A stretch of DNA of 25,269 nucleotides, taken from positions 1 through 25,269 of the forward strand of contig JAWSUI010000051.1 in NCBI GenBank assembly GCA_033551855.1, written 5' to 3'. Under the pieces are notes generated by a model. The model was not told the origin of the DNA. It saw only the letters and a program-made list of their open reading frames with translations, and searched no databases. The translations under genes were made by a program, and so were the position numbers. Below are positions 16,167 to 25,269 of the stretch, piece after piece (the first letter of the stretch is position 1; the number at the start of each line of letters is the position of its first letter). The DNA is from Deferrisomatales bacterium (lineage in GTDB: Bacteria; Desulfobacterota; Deferrisomatia; Deferrisomatales; JACRMM01).

Positions 16167-17537
16167 ATGGACCGGAGCCGCGAGGCAGAGTTCTACCCCG
16201 AGGATCCGCTGGCCGAGCTGCACGAGGTGCGCCCCCTGCGGGCGCACCTCGAGGCGATCCACCGTTCGGTGCGCCGGCAGCTCCCCTTCGTGGACGGGGT
16301 CGCCGTGGCGGCCTACGACCCGAAGGTGGGAGTGTTCAAGACCTTTCTGGCGAGCAGCGGCGACGACGGCACCCTGCGGCACTACGAGGCTCTGAGGGAG
16401 GACGCGCCATCCCTGACCCGGCTCCTCGACCTGGGGAGGCCGCGGGTCATCAACGACCTGGAGGTCTTCTCCGCCGGGACCCACGAGCACACCCGGCGCC
16501 TCGGGGCCCAGGGCTACCGGGCGAGCTGCACCTTTCCCCTGACGGCGCAGGGCGAGCCCTTCGGGTGTGTGTTCTTCAACAGCTGCCGGCCGGGATGCTT
16601 CACCCCGGCAGCCGTCGAGCTCCTGGCCGTCTACGCCCACCTGGTCGGCCGGGTGGTGGGGAGCGAGCTCGGGTCGGTGCGCACCCTCCTCGCCGCCCTG
16701 CGGACGGCGAGCCAGATGGTCCACTACCGGGACCCCGAAACCGGCGGACACATGGAGCGGATGGCGCGGTTCTCGCGGCTCATCGCCCGGGAGCTGGCCC
16801 GCTCCGGGGCCTGGCCCCTGGACGACGAGCTCATCGAGCACGTGTTCGCGTTCGCACCCCTCCACGACATCGGAAAGATCGCTATCCCGGACGACGTCCT
16901 CCTCAAGCCGGGGGGCCTGGAGGAAGCGGAGTGGGAGGTGATGAAGACCCACGCGGCCACGGGGCGGCGCATGGTGGACGCGATCCTGGAGAACTTTGGG
17001 CTGGAGTGGCTCGAGCACGCCGACGTGCTGCGGCAGATCGCGGAGCACCACCACGAGACGGTGGACGGCCAGGGGTACCCCCACGGGCTGAAGCGGGAGG
17101 AGATCCCCATCGAAGCGCGCATCGTCGCCGTGGCCGACGTCTTCGACGCGCTCACCAGCCACCGGCCCTACAAACCGGCTTGGGGAAACGACGAGGCGTT
17201 TGCCCACCTGCGCCGATTGGCCCGGGACAAGCTCGACGCCCAGTGTGTCGAAGCCCTCACGGCGAACCGCGCCGAGGTGGAGGCGATCCAGCGGACCTTT
17301 CGGGAGCCGGCCGGGGAGGCGGGAGCCCGGTCAGGGCTTCCGGGGGGAGGGTGCCGCAGCGGCGATCCGGTAGCCGATCCCCTCGAGCGCAATCGACCGC
17401 ACGGCCCATCCCTGACCCGTCAGGGCACGCACCACGTTCTCCCGGGACGTGTCGGTATCGACCAGGATTTCCAACTCCCCCGCCGCCCCGGAGCGGATCC
17501 GCCCCAGCGTCAGGAGAACCGGTTTGGGGCAGGATAG
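16167..17537 (+). CDS. GAF + HD-GYP cyclic-dinucleotide phosphodiesterase
   Basis: N-terminal GAF-like region, then RDPETGGHMERM, LHDIGKI, HHETVDGQGYPHGL and ARIVAVADVFDALTS.RPYK. The domain ends near 17305 but the frame stays open to 17537. Confidence 0.88.
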   Translation: MDRSREAEFYPEDPLAELHEVRPLRAHLEAIHRSVRRQLPFVDGVAVAAYDPKVGVFKTFLASSGDDGTLRHYEALREDAPSLTRLLDLGRPRVINDLEVFSAGTHEHTRRLGAQGYRASCTFPLTAQGEPFGCVFFNSCRPGCFTPAAVELLAVYAHLVGRVVGSELGSVRTLLAALRTASQMVHYRDPETGGHMERMARFSRLIARELARSGAWPLDDELIEHVFAFAPLHDIGKIAIPDDVLLKPGGLEEAEWEVMKTHAATGRRMVDAILENFGLEWLEHADVLRQIAEHHHETVDGQGYPHGLKREEIPIEARIVAVADVFDALTSHRPYKPAWGNDEAFAHLRRLARDKLDAQCVEALTANRAEVEAIQRTFREPAGEAGARSGLPGGGCRSGDPVADPLERNRPHGPSLTRQGTHHVLPGRVGIDQDFQLPRRPGADPPQRQENRFGAG

Positions 17538-17564
17538 ACCCCGAGCATCGACGAGCTCAGCCAT
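17331..17564 (-). CDS. TusA/SirA-family sulfur (selenium) carrier, YedF-like
   Basis: MAELVDARGLSCPKPVLLT (CPxP motif), ILVDTDTSRENV. RBS GGAGGAG; lies downstream of yedE. Confidence 0.9.
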   Translation of the reverse strand: MAELVDARGLSCPKPVLLTLGRIRSGAAGELEILVDTDTSRENVVRALTGQGWAVRSIALEGIGYRIAAAAPSPRKP

Positions 17565-17594
17565 GGTGCTCCTCCCGGGCCGGAGACGGAGGGC

Positions 17595-18689
17595 TCACGT
17601 CGCCTCTTCCCGCATCGTGAGGCCGACGAGCCCGCAGAAGGCGAGCCCCACGGCGACGGCGACCGCACCGTGGGCACCGACGCCCTGGGGCGAGCTCGCC
17701 AACCCGAAGTTGTGAGCAAAGGCGGCCCCCGCGATCATTCCCAGGGCGAAGACCGCGGCGTCGCCGTCGCCTTCGCCGGCGAGGAAGAGCTGCCGCCCCG
17801 GGCAACCCCCGGCCAGGGCGAAGGCCAGCCCGGCCAGGGCCATCCCGGCGAAGTTCCAGAGGCCCTGGGAGTGGGCCACCGGCTGGCCGTCGAAGCCCGG
17901 TCGGAACTGCCCCAGGGTGAGGTTGGTGGCCAGGGCCGCCACCGCCAGGGCGAGGACACCCCAGAAGAGGTGAGGCTCTCGGAAGGCCAGCAGGTCGCGA
18001 AAGGCCCCCATCGTGCAGAAGCGGCTGCGCTGGGCCAGGAAGCCCACGAGGAGGCCCACGGCGAGGGAGGCGGCCAGGGGCGCGTGCAGGGCGCCCGGGC
18101 CCTTCACGCTGTACCAGAGCACCCCCGCCCGGGCCTGGCCGGCGACCTGGGGGTCGAGGAGGAGCAGGGTCAGGGCGCCCGCCGCCAGGAGGGGCAGGAG
18201 CAGCCCCGCCGACAGGTAGGTGGGCCGAGCGCGCCCCAGGTCGTACCCGCGGCGCAGGAAGAGCGTGCCGACCCAGATCCCCGCCACCAGGCCCGCGAGA
18301 CCCAAGATCGCGTTCCCGTCGCCCCCGGCCAGGCGAAGCAGGGCCCGCCAGGGGCAGCCGAGGAACACCAGGGCGCCCACCATGGCGAAGACCCCCAGGA
18401 AGAAGCGCACCACCGGGGCGGACCCGGCCCGGCTTCGGAGCTCCCGGAAGAGGGCGGCGGCGGCCAGGGACCCGAGGACGAAACCGATGAGCTCCGGTCG
18501 CAGGTACTGGACGACCTCGGCCCGATGGAGGCCGACGGCCCCGGCCGCGTCCCGCTCGAAGCAGGCCACGCACACCCCCATGTTTCCCGGGTTGCCCAGC
18601 CACTGGAGCAGGGGGGCGAGCACTCCGATGGTGGCGCCGACCCCGACGATGCCCCACCGGCTCGCCAACGCGTTGCGAAACGATGCCAC
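17595..18689 (-). CDS. yedE: YedE-family putative selenium/sulfur transporter (YeeE-like)
   Basis: GNPGNMGVCVACFERDAAGAVGLH..VQYLRPE, FLGCPWR, QRSRFCTMG, LAGGCPGRQL and AHNF. GTG follows GGAGGT. Confidence 0.88.
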   Translation of the reverse strand: MASFRNALASRWGIVGVGATIGVLAPLLQWLGNPGNMGVCVACFERDAAGAVGLHRAEVVQYLRPELIGFVLGSLAAAALFRELRSRAGSAPVVRFFLGVFAMVGALVFLGCPWRALLRLAGGDGNAILGLAGLVAGIWVGTLFLRRGYDLGRARPTYLSAGLLLPLLAAGALTLLLLDPQVAGQARAGVLWYSVKGPGALHAPLAASLAVGLLVGFLAQRSRFCTMGAFRDLLAFREPHLFWGVLALAVAALATNLTLGQFRPGFDGQPVAHSQGLWNFAGMALAGLAFALAGGCPGRQLFLAGEGDGDAAVFALGMIAGAAFAHNFGLASSPQGVGAHGAVAVAVGLAFCGLVGLTMREEAT

Positions 18690-18838
18690 GGCATACCTCC
18701 CCCGGGCAGGGCCGATCCCGGCGGCCGTTCCCCGATGAAGACAGGACAATGGGCTTCTTATCTTCGAGACCCCGCCCCCGCGGCAAATCGGTTCTGCCGA
18801 TCCCAGGCTCCTCGGCCATCGCCTCCGGCCGCGGGTGT

Positions 18839-18873
18839 CGGTAGGGCGACCGTGGGGTCCGGCCGCCCTACCG
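18839..18873. repeat. GTAG-containing hairpin (REP-like) in the divergent intergenic region
   Basis: CGGTAGGGCGACCG-N7-CGGCCGCCCTACCG; arms 13/14 complementary. Confidence 0.45.
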
Positions 18874-19170
18874 CTGTGGGGGGCGGGGGCCCGGACCCGT
18901 GCCGGGGGGCGAGCCGGGGGTACGGGGAGAGGCTTGAGGCGCGAGAGCACCGCAGGAGAACGCGGCAGCGGGATCGCCTGCCGCAAGCGATCGGATGTCG
19001 GCCCACACATCCGCCCACAAATCGGCTTGACCCCTGTGGTCGCCCGTGCTACCGAAGCAAGCCGGGGCGGAGAGGGGGACCCCCCAGCGGGACGCCCCGT
19101 GTTTCCGCCCAGCGCCCCGGGGCGGCGGAGCACACCTTCCTTCCGGCCGGCGGCCGCCCAGTGAAAGCCG

Positions 19171-21084
19171 ATGGACTACGCAGATCACGAGGAATGGCTT
19201 CGCGCCCACTGCCCCGAGAAGGTGGTCAGCGCAGAGGACGTGATGGCCCGGATCCGGCGGGGGAGCCGGGTCTTCCTGGGCACCGGGTGCGGCGAGCCTC
19301 AGCACCTGATCCGCACGATGGCCCGCTCCCCGGACCTGCACGACATCATGCTCTACCAGATGCTCTCCTTGACCCTCGCCGAGTTCGTGGACGACGAGCG
19401 CTTCACCCGGGACTTCTTCCTGAAGCTCTTCTTCATCAGCAGCCGGATGCGCAAGGCGGCCTTCGAGGGAAAGATCGACTACCTGCCGGCGTACCTCTCC
19501 CAGATCCCCCGGCTGTTCAAGAGCCAGCAGATCGGTCTGGACGCGGCGCTGATCCAGGTGAGCCCCCCGGACCGCTTCGGGTACTGCAGTCTCGGGGTCT
19601 CGGTGGACGTCACCAAGGCCGCCATGGAGAGCGCCCCGTTCGTGGCGGCGCAGGTCAACCCCCGGATGCCCCGGACCTGGGGCGACAGCGTGGTGCACGT
19701 GGACGACCTGGATTGCCTGGTGCCCCACGACGAGCCCCTCGTCACGTCCATTCCACCGGAGCAGGAACCCGAGGTCCTGAACCGGATCGGGCACTACGTC
19801 TCCCGGCTGGTGGGGGACGGGGCGACCATCCAGATCGGCTTCGGGCGCCTGCCCTACGCGGTGCTGGGCCACCTGGGCCAGAAGAAGGACCTGGGCGTCC
19901 ACACCCAGCTCATCACGGACGCCTTCCTCCCCCTCATCGAGAACCACGCCATCACGAACCGGAAGAAGACGCTCCTGCCCGGCAAGTGCGTCGCGTCGCT
20001 TTGCATGGGCACGGAAAAGCTCTACCGCTTCGTGGACGACAACCCCCTGTTCGAATTCCGCCCCTCGGATTTCGTGAACGACCCCACGGTGATCGCGCGC
20101 AACGACCGAATGGTCTCGATCAGCTCCGCCCTGGAGGTGGACCTGACCGGCCAGGTGTGCATGGACTCGGTCGGATACATGTTCTACAGCGGCATAGGGG
20201 ACCAGGTGGACTTCCTGCGCGGCAGCGCGATGTCGAAGGGAGGGTTCTCGATCATTGCCCTGCCCTCCACGGCCAAGGGCGGGACGGTGTCGCGGATCGT
20301 GTCCCACCTGAGCGAGGGGGCCGGGGTGGCGACCACCCGGGGCGACGTGAATTTCGTGGTGACCGAGTACGGGATCGCGGAGCTCCAGGGCAAGAGCATC
20401 TACCAGCGGGTCATGGAGCTCGCCCAGATCGCCCACCCGAAGTTCCGTGAAGAGCTGATCCGCGTCGCCCGTGCCCGGCATTACATCTTCTCGGACCAGC
20501 TGCCCCCTTCGACGGAGGACCTGCTGTTCCTGGAGGGTTACAAGAGCACCCTGCACCTGCGCAACGGCACGGCCGTCGCGTTTCGGCCGCTCCTGCCTTC
20601 CGACGAATTCGCTTTCCGCAGCTTCTTCTACTCGCTGCAGGCGAAGACCATCTACAATCGCTTTTTCCGGAAGATCACCCTCTTCACCCACAATCTGGCC
20701 CAGGAGCAGTGGGCGAACCTGGACTACCGGAGGAACCTGTCCCTCATCGGAGTCGCGCACGTGGGCGGGCACCAGGAGATCGTGGCGATCGCGACCTATG
20801 CGCTGGGCGACGACGATCGTGCCGACGTGGCCTTCGTGGTGCGCGAGGACTACCAAGGCCAGGGTATCGCCAGCTATCTCCTGCAGCGCCTGCGCGCCAT
20901 CGCGGAGCAGAACGGCATCCGTGGTTTTACGGCGAACGTGCTCCAGGAGAACAAGTCCATGATCCACGTCTTCCAGAAGCACTACCCCAATGCCCGGCTC
21001 ACCGTGGACGCCGGGCCGGACATCCTGATCGAGATGGATTTCGAGGAACCGGACGCGGCCCCGGTTGGAGCGGACGGGCAGTAG
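19171..21084 (+). CDS. Acetyl-CoA hydrolase/4-hydroxybutyrate CoA-transferase-like domain fused to a C-terminal GNAT acetyltransferase
   Basis: GCGEPQHL, QVSPPDRFGYCSLGVSVD, DGATIQIGFG, EVDLTGQV, SGIGDQVDFLRG and VVTEYGIAEL, followed by GNAT AFVVREDYQGQGIASYLL..F.ANVL.EN..M..VF. Confidence 0.9.
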   Translation: MDYADHEEWLRAHCPEKVVSAEDVMARIRRGSRVFLGTGCGEPQHLIRTMARSPDLHDIMLYQMLSLTLAEFVDDERFTRDFFLKLFFISSRMRKAAFEGKIDYLPAYLSQIPRLFKSQQIGLDAALIQVSPPDRFGYCSLGVSVDVTKAAMESAPFVAAQVNPRMPRTWGDSVVHVDDLDCLVPHDEPLVTSIPPEQEPEVLNRIGHYVSRLVGDGATIQIGFGRLPYAVLGHLGQKKDLGVHTQLITDAFLPLIENHAITNRKKTLLPGKCVASLCMGTEKLYRFVDDNPLFEFRPSDFVNDPTVIARNDRMVSISSALEVDLTGQVCMDSVGYMFYSGIGDQVDFLRGSAMSKGGFSIIALPSTAKGGTVSRIVSHLSEGAGVATTRGDVNFVVTEYGIAELQGKSIYQRVMELAQIAHPKFREELIRVARARHYIFSDQLPPSTEDLLFLEGYKSTLHLRNGTAVAFRPLLPSDEFAFRSFFYSLQAKTIYNRFFRKITLFTHNLAQEQWANLDYRRNLSLIGVAHVGGHQEIVAIATYALGDDDRADVAFVVREDYQGQGIASYLLQRLRAIAEQNGIRGFTANVLQENKSMIHVFQKHYPNARLTVDAGPDILIEMDFEEPDAAPVGADGQ

Positions 21085-21240
21085 CTCCCGGAGCCCTTCC
21101 CGGTGGCAGTGGTCCGCCGGGCCGGCAGGCTCCGAACGAAGTGCTGTGCCTTTGAGTGTGGTCTTCTGTACTATCGCCTGCAGACCGGGGTCCCGCCGAG
21201 GACGCCCGAGAGGCGGAAACGTTCGAAAGGGAGGAACCCC

Positions 21241-21762
21241 ATGGTGGACAAGATCGACAAGATCCTCTTCGCGACCGACCTGAGTGAGAACTCGCGGCAC
21301 GCGTTCCGCTACGCCGCCGGCGAGGCCATCCGGCACGGCGCGAGCCTGGTCCTGATCCACGTCATCGAGAAAGTCTCGGGCGAAGCCGAACGGCTGATCG
21401 AGAACCTCCTCGGCGAGGAGAAATGGCGCGAGATGCAGGACACACACCAGCGGACGGCCCGGGACGTCATCATCGGGAAGAAGACCGACTACGACATGCT
21501 GCGCCAGGCGCTCGCCGAGTTCTGCGCCACCGCCGGGCCCGACGATTCCCGGTGCTCGTTCGAAACGAACGAGATCCTCGTGAAGCGGGGCAACGTGGCG
21601 GAGCAGGTCCTCAAGACCGCCCGCGAGATGAACTGCGGTCTCATCGTGATCGGGTCGCACAAGGGCCTGCTGGGCAGGACCTCGGTCGGCAGCGTCGCCA
21701 AGAGCGTCCTGCACGAGAGCACGGTCCCGGTGCTCGTCGTCCCGCCGCCGCCTGCCGCCTGA
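21241..21762 (+). CDS. Universal stress protein (UspA family)
   Basis: KILFATDLSENSRHA, LIHVIE and LIVIGSH......GSVAKSVL..S.VPVLVV. RBS GGAGG. Confidence 0.92.
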   Translation: MVDKIDKILFATDLSENSRHAFRYAAGEAIRHGASLVLIHVIEKVSGEAERLIENLLGEEKWREMQDTHQRTARDVIIGKKTDYDMLRQALAEFCATAGPDDSRCSFETNEILVKRGNVAEQVLKTAREMNCGLIVIGSHKGLLGRTSVGSVAKSVLHESTVPVLVVPPPPAA

Positions 21763-21780
21763 CGCGACGCCGGGGAAGGA

Positions 21781-21833
21781 CTCCCCTCGGGGGCGTGGGG
21801 GTTCGGAGAGCCCGCCGTCGCCCCCGAGGGGAG
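21781..21833. terminator. Strong GC hairpin after the USP gene (terminator-like)
   Basis: Perfect 15-bp inverted repeat CTCCCCTCGGGGGCG ... CGCCCCCGAGGGGAG. No U-tract. Confidence 0.45.
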
Positions 21834-21871
21834 CATCGGCCCGAAAGGGCCCGAAGGGCCGAAAAAGACTC

Positions 21872-21900
21872 TTGCGCGGTGCAGGTCGCTGTGCTAGCCT
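21872..21900 (+). promoter_or_regulatory. Sigma70 promoter of the str operon
   Basis: TTGCGC-N17-TAGCCT with an extended -10 TG and an A-rich stretch upstream. Confidence 0.55.
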
Positions 21901-22130
21901 CCCGCTTCTTCTTTGGGGAGCCTTGCTCCCCTACGGCTCCGCTGCCCCGGCCGATTCGGGCATGAGCCGCCGAGAGGGTCTCGCCGTTTCGGCCGCGCCG
22001 TACGCTGCAGTCGCACCGATGGTGCCGCGGTTCCTGAAGGCCCGATCCGGGCGCGCCCGGGAGTCTCTCTCCCGGGGGTGCGCCCTTGTTGCTGTCGCAA
22101 ACCGTATTGGGGAATTCGAGGAGAGTGCCG

Positions 22131-22502
22131 ATGCCCACGATCAACCAGCTCGTCCGAAAGGGCCGGGAGGCGGTCCGGAGGAAGACCAAGTCCCCTGCCA
22201 TGGAGGGCTGCCCCCAGCGGCGAGGCGTGTGCACCCGCGTCTACACGACGACGCCCAAGAAGCCGAACTCCGCGCTGCGTAAGGTGGCCCGCGTGCGGCT
22301 CACCACCGGCAAGGAGGTGACGGTCTACATCCCGGGGGAGGGGCACAACCTCCAGGAGCACTCGGTGGTGCTGGTGCGAGGAGGCCGCGTGAAGGACCTC
22401 CCGGGCGTGCGGTACCACATCGTGCGCGGCACCCTGGACTCGGTCGGGGTGCAGAACCGCCGGCAAGCCCGCTCGAAGTACGGCGCCAAGAAGCCCAAGT
22501 AG
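22131..22502 (+). CDS. rpsL: 30S ribosomal protein S12
   Basis: [56 protein letters not shown]. Confidence 0.99.
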   Translation: MPTINQLVRKGREAVRRKTKSPAMEGCPQRRGVCTRVYTTTPKKPNSALRKVARVRLTTGKEVTVYIPGEGHNLQEHSVVLVRGGRVKDLPGVRYHIVRGTLDSVGVQNRRQARSKYGAKKPK

Positions 22503-22523
22503 CCCCACGCAGGAGTTAGAGCC

Positions 22524-23027
22524 ATGGCTTTTCGCAAGAAGGAGCCCCGCACCGTGCGACCGGTGCCCGTCCGGGCCCGGAGGTTCCGGAAGGTGGCAGA
22601 CGCTCGGTACGGCGACGAGATCCTGGGCAAGCTCATCAACAAGGTGATGTGGGACGGCAAGAAGAGCACGGCGGAGACGATCGTCTACGGCGCCTTGGAA
22701 CTGGTGGAGTCGAAGACGAGCCAGGGCGGCCTGGAGGTCTTCCACACGGCGCTGGAGAACATCAAGCCCCTGCTCGAGGTAAAGTCTCGCCGGGTGGGCG
22801 GCTCGACCTACCAGGTGCCGGTGGAGGTCAGCCCGAAGCGCCGCCTCTCCCTGGGGATCCGGTGGCTGGTGGAGTACGCCCGGGCGCGGGGGGAGAAGAC
22901 GATGCGGGAACGCCTGGCAGGTGAGATTCTCGACGCCCAGCAGAGCCGTGGCGGCGCCGTGAAGAAGCGCGAGGACACGCTCCGCATGGCGGAGGCCAAC
23001 AAGGCGTTCGCCCACTTCCGGTGGTAG
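22524..23027 (+). CDS. rpsG: 30S ribosomal protein S7
   Basis: [26 protein letters not shown] and [13 protein letters not shown]. The N-terminus is atypical. Confidence 0.97.
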   Translation: MAFRKKEPRTVRPVPVRARRFRKVADARYGDEILGKLINKVMWDGKKSTAETIVYGALELVESKTSQGGLEVFHTALENIKPLLEVKSRRVGGSTYQVPVEVSPKRRLSLGIRWLVEYARARGEKTMRERLAGEILDAQQSRGGAVKKREDTLRMAEANKAFAHFRW

Positions 23028-23062
23028 GGGGGGGCGCGGCCGCTCCGCTCCGCGCGGGATCG

Positions 23063-25126
<2,064 letters not shown>

Positions 25127-25153
25127 GGGCGCGGCGGCGCGGAAAGAACTGGA

Positions 25154-25182
25154 TTGAACCGGCGGAGGGTGCGTGTTAGCAT
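25154..25182 (+). promoter_or_regulatory. Sigma70 promoter in the fusA-tuf spacer
   Basis: TTGAAC-N17-TAGCAT with an extended -10 TG. Confidence 0.6.
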
Positions 25183-25239
25183 CCCGGGCCTTCGTCCCCG
25201 GAGGGTGGCGCTCCGCCGATCCGACAGAGGAGTGGAACG

Positions 25240-25269
25240 ATGGCCAAGGAAACCTTCAAGCGAACCAAG
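25240..25269 (+). CDS. tuf: Elongation factor Tu (first 10 codons; truncated by the window edge)
   Basis: MAKETFKRTK follows RBS GAGGAG, downstream of fusA. Confidence 0.9.
   Translation, partial: MAKETFKRTK

Noticed and set aside
18790..18826. GGAGGCGATGG on the minus strand upstream of yedE, as a possible fluoride riboswitch start
   Set aside because: The downstream pairing and conserved elements of that riboswitch are not present.
21838..21867. GGCCCGAAAG-GGCCCGAAG-GGCCGAAAAAG as a possible CRISPR or repeat array
   Set aside because: Only three degenerate 9-11-nt units with no spacers and no cas genes.
22131..22502. Streptomycin-resistance substitutions in S12
   Set aside because: The PKKPNSA and RVKDLPG motifs are wild type.
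23021..23062. Longer fusA start at 23021 given by the ORF track
   Set aside because: It overlaps the rpsG stop and adds a non-homologous GGGAAAP leader; GTG 23063 matches typical EF-G N-termini.

Overview
A high-GC bacterial window. Gene content suggests an anaerobic deltaproteobacterium (Deferrisoma/Desulfuromonadia-like); this is inference only. (1) 1-4.8 kb, all + strand: the 3' end of a QueG/reductive-dehalogenase-like 2x[4Fe-4S] gene, a MerR regulator with a Cys-rich tail, an NrtS-like small membrane protein, a three-gene corrinoid methyl-transfer module (MtaA/CmuA-family methyltransferase, corrinoid protein, MtrH-like methyltransferase) and an iron-sulfur flavoprotein. The corrinoid protein carries NTQDNG instead of the canonical DxHxxG, the signature I recall for the halomethane proteins CmuA and MecB. 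A 16-bp pseudo-palindrome occurs upstream of both merR and the methyltransferase operon. This is the best candidate for an undescribed system: a MerR-regulated, split CmuAB/mec-like methyl-halide (or other C1) methyl-transfer module. (2) 4.9-13 kb, accessory region: an HD-domain remnant, a GTAG REP doublet, an IS1634 remnant, a Fic gene, two sigma54-preceded small ORFs, rnk, and an ADP-ribosylglycohydrolase flanked by two copies of an unknown small gene. (3) 13-21.8 kb: a lipoprotein, MlaD/MCE, MscS, an FmdB zinc ribbon, an ABM monooxygenase, a GAF-HD-GYP protein, YedE/YedF(TusA), a CoA-transferase-GNAT fusion (catalytic Glu apparently replaced by Gln) and a USP. (4) 21.9-25.3 kb: the str operon (rpsL-rpsG-fusA-tuf'), not preceded by rpoBC. 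All calls come from reading motifs by eye; no database searches were run.
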